This document shows, in pieces, positions 25,507 through 39,270 of a DNA stretch of 64,000 nt (position 1 is the stretch's first letter; every line of letters begins with the position of its first letter). The stretch covers positions 3,782,001-3,846,000 of the forward strand of contig MU058213.1 in the NCBI GenBank assembly GCA_013265495.1, in the 5' to 3' direction. Source of the DNA: Vicugna vicugna. Its lineage: Eukaryota. The translations under genes and the position numbers were made by a program. The notes under the pieces are model-generated. The model was given only the letters and a program-made list of their open reading frames with translations, searched no databases and was not told the origin of the DNA.

Positions 25507-28500
25507 TGTCTTAAGGTAGGTTTCCTGGGAAAAAGACTGAGATGGAGATTTGCATGTGGGAGATCTAATGGGGAGTAGGCTCAGAAACATTCTGAGAAAC
25601 ATAACTTCACTTCAGCTGGAGACAGCTTATCATGATGCTGGTTACTCTTTCTTTTTTTTTTTTGGCTGAAGAAAATTTCAAGAAGGTTAGGAGGACAAAT
25701 TCCAAATCCTGACATTGCATTTGATCTTTTAAAAAAAATTTTTTTTTTTAGCTGAGGTATAGTCATTTTACAATGTTGTGTCAATTTCTGGTGTACAGCA
25801 CAATTCTTCAGTCATACATGAATACATATATATTCATTTTCATATTCTTTTTCACCGTAAGCTACTACAAAATATTGAGTATATTTCCCTGTGCTGTACA
25901 GTATGCATTTGATCTTAAAACTCATCATCTCTCTCCTTTTCCACACAACCTAGATTTCCTTGATATTTAACTGGCTCTTCTGCTGGGCGAGTGGCTTGTC
26001 AGATAGGGCCACCTAGACTCCCTTCCTTGAGGGATCTAAGTCCCCAGTTACCATGTCTGTCTTAGGCTGTGGATGCTGTATTTGTCCATTTGCTGTCAAA
26101 ATTGACTAGGGAAGTTATCAAGAGACATTCCAGGAATCAATTAAGTGCTGAAAGGTCTTCCTTTCTCCCCATCCTATAGCACAATGCTACCTCATTCAAG
26201 TCAATTACCCTGCAAGTATAGGGGCTGTTTTCCTTGCCTGCCAGCCTGTTGGCACAAGGACTCCCAAATGACCATATGGTGGCCATATATTAAAATTTAA
26301 TGCAACTCTTATTACTGTGTTCCTTTTTGGAAGCATTTCCCCTATACAAACTAGAACCTGTAGGCCTGCAGAGCATGGAGTTGCAGAGACAGAAACTTTC
26401 CCCTAGTGGGGAAAGTTATTCCTACTTCCACAGCCTAGGTTCCTCTGTTTGGAAAATATTCCCAAACAATGGCCATTGATCTGTGTCAGCCCCATCCTGA
26501 AGAATCATGCCCATCCATGCCCAGGCCCGTGATGCTGTGCTTCCTTAAGTTGGTTCCACTTCTTTATCAGGCCTGCAGGTTTGGAAGGATACAGTATGTG
26601 ATAGGACCAGTGACTCCCATGGTCCTGGGTTCACCACCACATGGCTTTTGTAAAATTCCTCACTTGGTCTGAGACAGTGAGCACTTGTATAGTGGCATTG
26701 TCTGAGGCATTTTGAGCAGGAAAATTAGACCCATACCTGAAATAGATGTCAATACTTAATTTTGAGAAGATGTCTCAGCAAGCTCCAGACCATCGGAGCC
26801 CTAAAACTTCACTGGCATGAGTAGGCATGAATTTTTATAGGTTTGTCTCCTACACTCTGGAATGAATGTGCCTTACAAAGGTATACAGAATATTTGCCCA
26901 TTTCTTATGCGGTAAGTTCAACTAACATGGTGTCTCTAATGTCGGAAAACTGTATGATGTTCCGTGGGAAGTCCAGGTGGTCCAGGTGTTTTCCACTACA
27001 TTATGTAGAGTGTAGAAGTGTTAACATAGCTCTGGGGCAAGACCATTAATGTACACTATTGTCCATTCCACATAAAGGCAAGCTGCTTATTCTCCTCCTG
27101 CTTGCTAGGTATTGAAAACACACTTGGCAGATTAATATCCACATACCACTTACAGAGGCTGTGTTAATCTGCTATAACCAAGATATCACATCCATCATAG
27201 TTGCTACAATTAGGGTTACTACTTAGTTAAGTTTGAGATAGTATCCTCTTTGTATTTTGGAAGGCAGGCCAGACAATTACATATGAATATAATGGGTACC
27301 TTCAAGCCTGTATCATTTACGTCTTTGAGAATGGTGCTCATCTCTGCCAGTCCCTCTAGAGCAGTATTGTTTTTGATTTTGCAGTCTTCCAAGGATGGGA
27401 GGGCAATATCAGGGGTTTCCACTCAGTTTTTTCTATTATAGTGGTTTTTCTTTCATAGGTCAGGAAACAAATGTGATGGTTCTGCCAGTTGCCAACTATG
27501 TCCATTCCAATTATGTATTTAGGTACCAGGGACATTACCGTTAGATCATTTTATATTTATTTTAATCCTTGGAACCTATGGAGTCACTATGAGGTGGACT
27601 TGGGCCAAGATTCCATTTATTACTCAACCTTCTTATTCTAATAGAATTCTACTGCTTATTCTAACAGAGGTGTCTTGATAACATTTTGGGTCATGGGGTG
27701 TTTAACCCAGTGTTCATTCAGACCTTGTATTCAGTGTTGCTCAAAAACTTGTATATATTCCTTTTCCTTGGTTAATAATTACCCGAGTAAAATCTTTTGG
27801 GTAAACCACTGTGGCACGCACTTGCTGTTGTATTGGTGTGCTTCTTCAAGGAATCTGGCCTCCCTTAATTGATGGGTTCTGAGTCTGAGAACTGTCTTAG
27901 ATCTGGAAACTAGGCAAGGGACCATTTCTTCCCACTGGGGCAGCTGACCTCAATCTTTTTCTGATCCAGTAATATATCACTGATTGATTTTTTATATTAA
28001 GTAATAACACTTGTTGGATCTCATCTGTCTTGCTCCTGGACACATCATGTTCTGTTACTCATCTCTATGGGTTACTGTGGGTCAGGCTTCCCTAGCTGCT
28101 GTTTCCTTGCTACCCAGGAGAACAATTGCATCCACCTTGCTTCTGACAGTTAGGTGCTGCCACCTGGCCTCTACCATTCCAGGGTCATACCGTTGCTATT
28201 AGGGAGCCTAGTTCTGTTATAAAATGTCCTAGTGTCAGCCTCTTCTTACAGAGAACCCATGCTACTGAGCATCTCCCTGCTGCTGCAGCCCGTCCTCATC
28301 ATTGCATTTTGTATTGCCCTGGTAAATGGAATGTCTTCAGGGCCATATCAAGCAAAGCCATATAATTATTTATTGAATTTTCCACTTCATTTAACATAAG
28401 CCATTGCTTTTTCCAAGCTTCTAAGAACCACCTCAGAAACTTACTAGAAGTGGATGTCAGGATACCTTGCCAGGGTGTTAAACCCAATGTTACAGGTGAG

Positions 28501-29700
28501 TGCCTCTATATCAGCAACCTCCGTTAGTCTGCTTTGTATTCTGTTCCCCTTGACTCACTGCCATCAGGATCTGCTTCCTATGATCACGGGTTTTTGCCAC
28601 TGTATGTTACTGAGATGCTACATCTCCTTTGTTGCTCACTTCTCTTTTACCTTAGCTCCCCAATGATATTGAGGATTTACTCTAGTTATTGATCTAGGAC
28701 ACAAGTTGGTGGCAGATCCTGAGAAGGGCAAGCATTGCTTTGTAAGTCACCTCCCTATTTGAAATACCTGCACATTCTTCAAGCAAAGCAGCACTTACCT
28801 TCTCATAAGAATGAATGGGGCATCTTTGCTGGCTCAGAGGTTCAGATATATATACCAGGGGTTCAAAGTTCTGAGCTGGATCTACCAAGCAGATCTTTAC
28901 CCTAGTCTTAGGGTCTCATTCCTTCCATCTCAGGGCCCTGACTTTGGCATAGGGAACCTTCAACAGTTGAAAATGCAGTGTTTTCTAAAATTCTTCTGCT
29001 CTTAAGATTAAATCCTGAGCCATTGATGACTTTAAGTGCTACCTAGTAGAATATTTAGTATTTACACTTTGCTTTTACTTGATGAGTGATCATCCTTAGC
29101 CTATCATTTTTTCACTTCCAAGCATTGATGGTGTTCAGCAACAGCTATGCAATTCTACGGTCCTTGTAATTACTACTCCCATATCTCTCAAATGCCAGAG
29201 ATATTGCACAAGCCAGCACATCTCCTTCCAGATAATATCCCAGTTAGCCACAATTGGAAAGCCTTAATGATTTTACTGCTGCAGCATACCAGGACTGTCA
29301 ACACTACCTTCCAGCAGCAATGAGGCCCTCATTGGCAGCTGGCCAGCAGGTGATTCAGTTCCTGAATACCATCCTTAGAGTGCACTCCCTAGCCCATTCC
29401 TAATTCATTCTGGGATTCTCTAGAATCAGAAGCTGAGACAAGGATTCAAGTGCAGATGATTTATTGAAGGAGTGCACTTCAGGAGAAAACCTAAAAGAGA
29501 TAGAAAGAAGCAGGATAGGAAGAGGGGAAAGAGCTCACAATGTGGTCACAGGTTAAATGTGACTTAATGGGGGTGAGCCCTCTGAAATACAAATCACACT
29601 GAGAGTTTCCCCCAACTTGAAGCAAGAGGGCCAGGCTTTTGGACTTTTAGATCAGTCATTTATTAGCACCCCAAGCACTAACCCATGCACCTGGAATGCC
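25507..29700 (-). mobile_element. Decayed ERV-L provirus (LTR16-associated internal region): 5' LTR ~29405-29700, gag ~27900-29300, protease ~27480-27760, RT ~26756-27450, integrase core ~26500-26755, dUTPase ~26170-26400, 3' LTR remnant ~25507-25590
   Basis: Minus-strand translations match recalled ERV-L peptides: gag WFLEAWKKQWLMLNEVE; pro VINGILAQVHL; RT YLKLN*VVTLIVATMMDVISWL*QINT...FSIPSKQEENKQLAFMWNGQ*CTLMVLPQSYVN; IN IDIYFRYGSNFPAQNAS...DHGSHWSYHILYPSKPAGLI; dUTPase CSAGLQVLV...MLP...PPYGHLGVLVP. Many stops and frameshifts. Confidence 0.9.
25729..25903 (-). mobile_element. Young 5'-truncated LINE-1 3' end inserted in the ERV-L
   Basis: 13-bp TSD TGCATTTGATCTT at 25716-25728 and 25904-25916, poly(T) tail on +, TTTT/AA endonuclease site on the minus strand. 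Confidence 0.9.
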
Positions 29701-30399
29701 TCTTTTGTAATTTTAGCAATGAGTTGACATTTGGAAAACTTTTTAAAAAACAGTAGTTGCAGACCCATCCTGCTGTTTCCTTTCCTCCAAGATTTCCTGG
29801 TTAATTTTATTGGCAACTAGTACTAAAACCAAAAGTCTGGAGCCCCTTAAATATTCCCACTGGCCTAGCTATGATATTTAAGAAGCAAAATAACACTATT
29901 AGTAATTATTATTATTTTAAGAATTGATGAAAAGGCTGAGTCTGTGAAAGGTAATGAGTGGATAAGAATATGCAAAAGAAAAAATTAATATAAAGTATAT
30001 AAAAAGATAACCATAAATACAAAAATGTTAACTTTAATAGGAGATCTTTAATGTTGATTCTAGGTAATCCTGAGAGTGAGTGGTAGGCAAAAATGCTGAT
30101 AATTTTAGAAGTAAAGGTGGAGAAGATAGTTCTTTCTTTAAAAAAGTGTTATGAGTTGATTTTGATCCTCTCAATTTATCATATATGCCTGTAACCAACC
30201 TTTTAAATCAACTATGTACTTTTTGACAAGTGAGATTTTCTATTACATTGACAGAGATTCCATTTTATTCTCATCTTTGTATTGAAGCCCAGAGTCTGGA
30301 ATGTTAAAAGTTCAAACATGAACGTTCAACTCAGAACTAAAATACCAATCCTTCTCTTGACTTGGTGCTATTATTGGTGGTGACTTTTCTTGTGACCCC

Positions 30400-30565
30400 A
30401 TATAAATAATAGCTAATAATATGCAAGGAACTCTTCTAACACTTTAAATTATTGCTCTTATATTTCACAGTAACTTTATCAATTAAGAAGTGTTATCCCC
30501 ATTTTTCAGATTAAAAAACTAAGACTCAGAGAGGTTAAGTGAAAATGTCACACAGCCGGTAAACA
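30400..30565 (-). mobile_element. MIR SINE
   Basis: ttatccccatttttcagattaaaaaactaagactcagagaggttaagtga. Confidence 0.75.
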
Positions 30566-32784
30566 AATGAGCCACATGGCTATCTCTGCTCATTTTAGAA
30601 AATGAAATTCCAAGATAGCCGGTTTTAAAAAATAAAAAAATTAAGGATAATTTTCTTTTGTTACAGTTACCTGTTTCACTTATAACAACAATCTTCCGTC
30701 TCCCTGTCTGTGGTCAAGAGAGGAAGTATAAAGCAAATATTATGGTTCAGAGCATTTGGTATCTATTAAAGAGAAAGAAAAGAGAAGCTCTGTGTGCTAG
30801 AGAGAAGTTGGTGTTGTGGGTGGGACTGGCAGAAATAAACACACCTAAACACTGGCCCAGTGCAATGAATTCCTATGCCTTTTTAAAAATTACTTTTTAA
30901 AAATCCTCTGTATAAGAAAATAAGCAAGAGGTTACATTGGACTGAAATACAATCCTCAGGGACAAATGTAGCTTCTATTATATTGTGTATACAAGGCCTA
31001 ATAACAAGATAATTGTTTCCTTTTTTCTTTAAATTAAGAATACATTTGGAACATACAAAACAGATACAAGAAAGTTAGATTCCTCTTCATTAACAGAACT
31101 GTTTATTCTTGTGCAAAATAACGTCTTGACCTCATCCACAATACCTGCTATTAATCCATTACTTCAACTCAGTCTACTCATTAAGCAAGGTGGGTAGCAG
31201 CCTAGTTTAGAGAAAATATCTCCACCTTGTTTACTTGTTTATTGATTTACTTAGTTACTCATCTCTCTATTTGAATTCTTTACTTTCTTCCTCATGTAAG
31301 AGGCAATCTTATAAATGCAGATACTCCTAGGGGAGCTTTTTGGATCTCCTCCCACAGTAAGAGATCCCCACTGAAAAAAATATAAATTGGGTGCAGGAAA
31401 AGGAATTAGTGGTGAAAGAGTAGATATTTTGGAAGCATCAAATGGATAGGGCAATTTTCTATGACATAGTTGAAGGCAGGAGGCTATAGCCATAATAGGA
31501 CAAGGTAAAGAAGGCAGGATTTGCAATGCCAGTCAACTTGTAATGTGTGCCAGGAGGAACTGTGTTGATAAGGATTCTGAATATACATCCTAGGTACAGA
31601 AGGACTGTGTTTCTTAGCTGATTAAGGGAGAAGTGGCCGCACATACATCAGCCAAGTCCTATCACTTCAGTGGATGTTTCCAGAGCAAGAGCTTCCTGGT
31701 TGCAGGTAGCAGGAAAATTAGAACAAAGAAACCACCAAGGTAAGGCAAAGGTTGAGATAACATGACCCAGATTATAGTGATATTGTGAAGGAATCAGACC
31801 CAGAAAAGACTGTGGATAAATCTGTAATAGCTTTGGAGCTAGGAAAAAAAGAGTCAGAACTGCTACTCTAAAGACATTCAGCTGGACAGCATGTTGTAGG
31901 CAACACTCAATGTCTGTGGCTGGCTTCTGGGCCTTATCCTTCCTACTTATAACATGAAAGACAACCTGGGAAGGGCAATTGGTCATGTAGGCTGAATGGA
32001 GTGTCCACCAGAAGTGGAAATCAGGATGCATGGCAGTGCCAAATGCAAATTTAAGGATGCCTAACATAAACATTCCTTGCTTGCCCTTTCATAGACTTTT
32101 CTGTCTCTTGAGATATAACAGACATTAATAAATACTCAGGGTTTCTCTAGAAAAACAAATGTATTGAAGGACCTCAATTCGAAAGATGGAGTCCAAATGG
32201 AAGTCAATTTTGGGACTGAGGCTGAAAGTAGATGCCTGGAGAGATGAGAGAGGAGCAGGGAAGTGCAGCCCAAGTGTGATTTGGGGTATCTGACTTCATT
32301 CTTTGAGGGATGTGGGCTAGATACGTTTGCAAGTATTGAGCAGTGGCTATGTTAAGATGTTTGTCTGGCTCTTGCCAGGAATGGGCCAGGGTAGGATTGT
32401 GAATGGTGCTTCCTGGAGCCCAGGCTAGTATTTATTTCTTTCCAAATCATTTAAATGAATCTAGCCTGTTCATGAAAGAAGCATTTGAAGCCCATAAAGG
32501 ACCCTCTTTCACCTCCAAAATTACACCATCCCACTTTCTATTTGCTACTCTGACTTGTTGTCTGAGGTCTCGAGTTCTCCAACCCATTTTTCTCCTACTA
32601 GTCCCGGTATTCCTCATATTGACCATATTGACTGATAACTCTTTTGGAATAAGCTTTCTGACCCAACCATATATTTTTCTCGAGGGTGTTTGCAATGCTT
32701 TTGGAGGTAGGAGAGACTACCCCCATGTAGTCTCTTAGCACTTACTATCAAGGTTTATTTATTTTTTCTTGATTTTCCCATTAA

Positions 32785-34810
32785 AAGGGAGAGAGCATAC
32801 AGTTGTTCAGCTGTGGATTTCTACTTGCAGGAAGATGCAGTAGATGTTCCTTTTTCCTAATCCTCCCTCTAAATGCAACTAAAAAATTATGAAAACTGTA
32901 TATAAAATAAACATAAGAAGACCTGAAAGGCGGATAGAAGAAGGCAGACAAGCTATGTATGTTGGGACCCAAGGAATGGCATGATGGGGAGTTCCCTGGA
33001 TTTTCTTTTTTGCCTCATTTATCCCAGACCTGGAGCTAAAGAAGCCAGAAACCTGAAATGCCAACAAGAACAGACAAGGTTCATTTTATGAAGCCAGTAT
33101 TACCCTGATGCAAAAACCAGACAAAGATGATACAAAAAAAGATATCCTTCTTGAATATAGATGCAAAAATCCTTAACAAAATATTAATAGAATTCAGCAA
33201 TATGTCAAGAGAATGATAAACTGTGAACAAGTGGATTTTATCCAGAGATGCAAGACTGTTGTTCAGTATTTGAAATTAATCAATGCAATCTACTTTATTA
33301 ACAGGTTAAAGAAGAAAAATCAGATAATCATTCCATCAATACAGAAAAAGCATTTGACAGATTTTACATTGACCTTCATTGACATTCATGATCAAACTTT
33401 CAGAAAAGTAGGAAAAGAGTAGAACTTCCTCAACTTGATTAAGAGCATCTGTAAACATCTACAGCTAACATTATTTTTAATGGTGAAAGGCTGAATGCTT
33501 CTTTGCTAAGATCAGGAACAAGGTGAAAGAGTCTTTTCTAACAGCTCTTATTCAACATAATATTGAAAGTTCTAGATAGTTCAATAAGGCAAGAAAAGAA
33601 AATAAAAGGCATAGAAATCTTAAGTGAATTTAAGATTGAAATAGATGAAATAAAACTGTCCCTATTTGCAGATAATATATTTGTCTTTTTGCATAGAAAA
33701 TCCTAAGAATTCTACAAACAATCTTCTAGGACTAATAAGTGATATTATTAAGATCTCACAATGTAAGATAAAATTACAAAGGACATTGTATTTCTCTATA
33801 CTAGTGATGAACATGTGGGTTTTAAAATAAAAATACTATTTACAGTCTGTTAAACAATACTCAATATAAATTTAGCCAAAGTATGTATAGAGCCTGTATA
33901 CTGAAAACTATGCAAGACAGATAAAATAAATCAAAGAATCTAAGTAGTCCATGAATGACTGAAAAATTGTGCTGAACACTGGAATTTGACACAACATTGT
34001 AGAATGATTATAAATCAATAAAAAGTGTTAAAAAAAAAAAAGAAAAAGAATCTAAGTAAATGGAAAGACATACTATGTTCATGGTTTGGAAGAGTCAACA
34101 TAGTAAAGATGTCAGTTCTTCCTCCAACCTAGTGTCCAGTTTAAATACAATTCCTATCACAATCCTTGCAAGAGTTTTTGTAGATATAAGGTAATATTAA
34201 TCTTAACATTTTCATGGAAAGACAAACCGAGAGTATCTAGAACAATTTTTAAAAGAAGAATAGAATGAGAAGACTCAGTCTGCCCAATTTTAAGACTTAT
34301 TATATAGCAATCAAGGCTATGTGGTATTGCTAGACAAAGAAAACCCTAAAAAAAAGTCTGCACTCTCAGCCAGATGATCAGGAATGAAGCAGCACCGCAA
34401 GACAAAACAAAGACAAAGAAACCCACTCCAAGACACATCATAATTAAATACTACTCAGTAATAAAAAGAAATGAATTCCTGAGACATGCAATAACCTGGA
34501 TGAATCTCCAGAGAATTATGCTGAGTGAATAAAAGTTGGGACAAAATTATTGAAATGGAGGATAGATTGGCTGTCACCAGGGGTTTAGGAGGGATTGGAG
34601 TACTAGGAAGCAGGTATGTGTATAGAAGGGTAACATGAGGGATCCTTGTAGTGATGGAAATGTTCTATATCTTGACTGTGGATTGTATCATAGTTTTATA
34701 AGATATTACCATTGGGGGAAACTGGGTAAAGGGTACACTGGATCTTTCTGTGTAATTTCTTACAACTGCATGTGAATCTAAAATTGTCTCAAAGGGTTTA
34801 AGTTTTAAAA
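32785..34810 (+). mobile_element. Old LINE-1 (L1MC/MD-like) mosaic: 5' region, ORF2 segment ~33078-34331, short 5'/ORF1 pieces, 3' UTR
   Basis: ORF2 remnants (tcattttatgaagccagtattaccctgat...; ORF 33213-33422) and L1MC-type 3' UTR (gatattaccattgggggaaactgggtaaaggg). Confidence 0.8.
33947..34044 (+). mobile_element. Very short young LINE-1 3' terminal insertion
   Basis: 14-bp TSD AAAGAATCTAAGTA at 33933-33946 and 34045-34058, poly(A) tail. Similar to the 25729-25903 element. Confidence 0.88.
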
Positions 34811-36274
34811 GGAGGGGATTAAGATAGTTTGGGCTGGTTCCTGCTATGTCATGGAGATTTTGTGAGGTATTTCTGCGGATGGTCTGTTAGGGATAGAAAT
34901 TACTGGGCAGTAGTGGGTAGGAGAACTGGGATTCTAGCTGCTGGGGACCCAGAGAGAAACGTGATTTTATTACCATTGGAGAATTTTTTGTTTTATTCTT
35001 TTCTAGGCTAGTGGTTGGGAACACTTGGTGCACAGAGTTTTGTAAGAGCATATAAATAGAATTTAGTAGATTTTCTTCAGATGAATAGTCCATTGCTGTA
35101 TTTACTTTCATTCTCATGTACTTAAGCAAATGCTTATTGTGTAATTTGTTTAGGGTTGTTCAACATAGCTTGTTGGTGTGGTGGGGGAAATGATGTTTGT
35201 TGAAGGAGGATATGAAATTCAGATGCTGTATCTTAGATAAAATTGAAAGGAAGAAAGAAAAATTCAGAAATAAAGGATTTGGGTGTATGTCATAGCTAGA
35301 TAATTCAGAAACAATTAGCTGCAGTTATGTCATCTGGTTATTTAAGGAACTGACAAATTTATTCTATGTTTTCCCATCCTTTAATATTCCTTTCCAGTGA
35401 CAGGCTAATCACTTCTGTTTCCTTCTTCATCTATCTAATTTCCTCTTTGAAGCAGAATGTGTAGCTGTATGCACTTTGAAGGAGAGGAAGTGAGAAAACA
35501 TCTCCTTTCTTTTTAAAAGATTTTTTTAACAAAAAACTTTTCTTTATTCCTCCATTCAACTCAGTGGTGCAAAAGAGGAATACTTTTCTACTGTAGATTG
35601 GGTTCTCTGTGCTAGAAGTCTCTGCTACTCGCTGTGACAGTTTGCTGTTGTTATTCTCAAACAAGTGTGGCAAAGTTTCAGAGCTGGAGTACAGGAAGTA
35701 TTTCTATAGTGATGATCAGGCACTGTCATCATTCCTCACTCCACCTAGGCTGTGATCCACACAAAACACCTGGCCTTGGAAAAGCATGAAAAAGTAGCAG
35801 CTTGGAGAGCAACCCAAAGATGCCTTTAAAGACTTGATACCTACAGAGAACACAGGTGCTTTCAGGAGGAAAAGAGTGATTCCAGAATGGGTACAGCCTC
35901 CAAAGTTTGAGCAATCAAAACTATGGAAGGTCTTCAAGCTATAAAGCTGTTAGTATTTGTAGAGGCTGTTTGCTTTTTAGAGTCCAAAAATGTATCCATC
36001 ACTGGTATGGGTACATACTGAAAATTTCTGACCTTTTAGAGGACAGAGATACTGAAAAAAATTGCAACAAAGTTGGCAGTCATTTAGCTCAGTATTTTAG
36101 TTTGAAAAGAACACAGATGCTCGAGGGACTTGATGAAATGTGATGCAGTGGAGCTGAGCGTAGTGCAGGAATAGAAACGGGACAATAAGGAGGATAGGGA
36201 TTTCTGAGGAAGTAGAAAACAAGGCTGTAAGAAATTTTGCTTTACAAAAACTGACACTGGAAAATCATCCTCAT

Positions 36275-36385
36275 TCATTTGTTAATTTGTTTGTTCATTG
36301 TTCATTGTTAATTCATTTATTTATTCCTCCATCCAACAACAAAATATTTATCGAGTCATCATTATGTGCTAGGCACAGAAACCAA
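36275..36385 (-). mobile_element. L2 3' end
   Basis: (CATT)-rich tail followed by aaatatttatcgagtcatcattatgtgctaggcac. Confidence 0.6.
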
Positions 36386-36879
36386 GGAAGCTCTTGAGTA
36401 TCATGTTACTCTTTTTGCCTCTCTCTGGAGCTACAGTGTCACTTTCTCAAGGGAGTATCTGCTTCTTTCCCTATTTCTTCTGTAGTTCTTCATAAGGCCT
36501 CTAGGCTCTCTTTTTGACAAGAAGTGTTAGCCTTGACTTCCACTGTTAAATGACCTATTCTTTGGAGATTTCTTGGTTCAGATACCCAAGAGAAAATCTG
36601 ATTGACTTGGTTCATTTATTTGGTATTGGCTACGTCATAGGGTCTTGCTAGTTTTATGCATTGACTGTCCAGTCCCTCTCCCTACCATGCAACCTAGTCA
36701 AAATAGCTATTGCCAAGGGGATGGCAGGGCATAGTCACCTGGTATTAAATAGGAGGTCTGAGCTATAAGTAGGGACTATGAATGAGACAGGCAACAGGAA
36801 TTACTACCCAATATGATGTTACCAGAAATTGGTCGATAATGAGGGAAAACTCCCTTGAATCTTTTTAATGCTTCAAGTG

Positions 36880-37140
36880 ATATTTTTTCTGCTTCATTCA
36901 CTCACAACCTCCAATTCATATGGATTTTATCTCCAAAATATTTTTCAACTCTGTTCTCTGTTCTCGTGAACTTTGTACTATTACTTCTCTAAATCAGGTT
37001 CCCTCGATGTGCTTTCTTTAATATCTCTCTTGGATCACTACAATGGCTTGAGTTTCCTGTCTTCAGTCTTGCTCCTTCAAATACATCTTCACTCAGTAGC
37101 CAGAGTGATTTACGTAAGTACAGATCCCACTATACCATTT
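36880..37140 (+). mobile_element. L2 fragment
   Basis: ctccaaaatatttttcaact...tggatcactacaatggc...cttcactcagtagccagagtgatt. Confidence 0.55.
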
Positions 37141-37217
37141 TCTGTATAGCTCTGTATATGTAGAGACTCGTTAATTGAAATAACTTGAGAATGTTCCTTA
37201 TAATCCTAAAAAGCCCA

Positions 37218-37392
37218 GGTCAGTGCTCCTCAAATTTTAACATGCATGCCAATCTCCTGAGGATCTTGCTAAAATACAGGTTCTAATTCTATAGGTGTGG
37301 GGTGTGTGAGATTCTCCATTTTAGAAATTCCCAAGTAAGACTGCTGTTGTTGATCTGTGGCCATGGCCAGCACTTTGAGTAACAGGGGCTTA
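37218..37392. mobile_element. MER5-like hAT-Charlie MITE
   Basis: cagtgctcctcaaatttt...gatcttgctaaaatacaggttctaattc...cactttgagtaaca. Confidence 0.7.
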
Positions 37393-37529
37393 GATAACAC
37401 CTCTTCTGTGGGCTACGTGCTAAGTGATTGATCACTTGTATAGTCCTACTAGGAAATAACATCTATAAAAGATTATTTCAGTCTTCAGAAATTGAATTTT
37501 AACCCTGGAGAAATCATCTACTTCCATGT

Positions 37530-37903
37530 TGTCTTAATCTGTTCAGGCTGCCATCACAGAAATACCACCAACTGGGTTGTATATAAACAACAGATACGTA
37601 TTTCTCACAGTTCTGGAGGCTGGAAGTCTGAGATCAGGGTGCCAGCATGGTTGGGTTCTTGAAGCCCTCTTCTGTGTTGCAGGCTGCTGACTTCTCATAT
37701 TCTTACATGGCAGAGAGTAAAGAGAGAAAACAGTGTCTCTTGGTGACTCTTATAAGGGCACCACTCCCATTCTGAGAGCTCCACCCTCGTGGCCTCTGTA
37801 ATCCTAATTAGCTCCCAATGACTCCACCTCCTAAAATCATCACATTGGGGGTAGGGTTTTAACATAGGAATTTTGGGAGGATACAGACATTCAGTTCCTA
37901 ACA
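37530..37903 (-). mobile_element. ERVL-MaLR solo LTR (MLT1A-like)
   Basis: TG...CA ends, near-TSD catgt/aatgt, tatttctcacagttctggaggctggaagtctgagatc motif. Confidence 0.88.
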
Positions 37904-38154
37904 AATGTCTCAACCAGTGCCAGAATCTTTTCCTATAATATCCATAATGTATGGTCTTATTCAGCCTCTGAGTGAATGCTTATTAGTGATGAAGAACACA
38001 CTACCCTGTAAGACTTTCCATTCTGCTGGTAAACAGCTTGGATTATGAAGCCTCATAAAGGCAGAGCCTAACTATAGCGAGGCCTAATCTAAATGTGCAA
38101 GAACAATGAATCATAGAAAATTTAAAAATAATCATATTTACCACCTGTTGATTG

Positions 38155-38330
38155 TCACAACACTCCTACAATCTGGATTTCACCCTTTTACAAATAAAGA
38201 AATTGAGGTTCAGTGTAGGTAAGTTATTTACCCAAGGTTGCACAGCTATTAAATGGTGGCAGAACCAGGAATCAAGCCCAGATCTGTCTGAGTCTAAAAT
38301 GGGTGTTTTTTTGCACAATACCATGTTGTC
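38155..38330 (-). mobile_element. MIR SINE
   Basis: ttttacaaataaagaaattgaggttcagtgtaggtaagttatttacccaaggttgcacagcta. Confidence 0.75.
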
Positions 38331-39104
38331 TTTCAAAGTATAATTTTGTTTCAAACACTTTAAATGTCTGAATTACCAAAATAGTTTGTTAGCCAGGACC
38401 CCTGCGCACACTTTCTCATTCACTACTGTTGGGTGAATTTTCCTTAAAAATTAAATGAAAAATTATAGTACTACTCCCAGGTTCAAGAGCCTCCACTGTT
38501 TTCTGATTATCATTCACTCCTATTACTCACTGCTACCCTCTGTAAACCACTGTTCGGGCCATTCCAGTCTCTTCTTACCTTCCCTCCAAATCCAAATGAT
38601 ACTTTTGCTACCCAATGCTTGCCAAGTGTTACAGATTCTTTAAGGCCCAGATCAAATCCTTCCTTCCCCATGAAGTTTTCCCTTATTTCTTAAGATTTAC
38701 AGGAGTTTTCCCTTCTTGAATTCCTATAGCATCTGTTACATATTTTAGCCCTTCCTCAATCACAGATTATATCATATTGTTGTCTTGACTTTTGCATTTT
38801 TTCCAGTCTTATTTTCCCTGACATCATTTAAACATTTTATGAACTGTTAACATATAGCTTTATATGTAATGGATTTTCTTGTCCAGCCCAGTTTTCACCT
38901 CTGAAATAGCAAGTATTTTGTTTTTATATGTTTTATAGTTGGCTATACACATAATATCAGAACAGAATTTTTTTTCCTTAAAATTTGTACTTTTTGCATT
39001 TCTAAGGATTAAATTCTGGTTTTGAAACACACTAGAGGAAAATAAATCACTATACTGATTATAAAATAAAAATATTACTCTAATTAAAAATTTTGTTGTT
39101 GAAA

Positions 39105-39270
39105 AAGCAATGGAGTTGGGGTCATAAAACCTGGCTTTTAATCCCAGTTACTGTTAATGGGTGATGTAACCTTGAATGAATTTTTAAATCTCTCTAGAAA
39201 CTGATTTTCTCATTACTAAAAGTGAGGAACCTATGCCAAATAATGTACCGCTGTAAAAATTTTTGATTCT
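39105..39270 (+). mobile_element. MIR SINE
   Basis: acctggcttttaatcccagttac...accttgaatgaatttttaaatctctct...ttttctcat. Confidence 0.6.

Noticed and set aside
31648..32073. 141-aa minus-strand ORF
   Set aside because: No recognisable homology or splice context; this length is compatible with chance.
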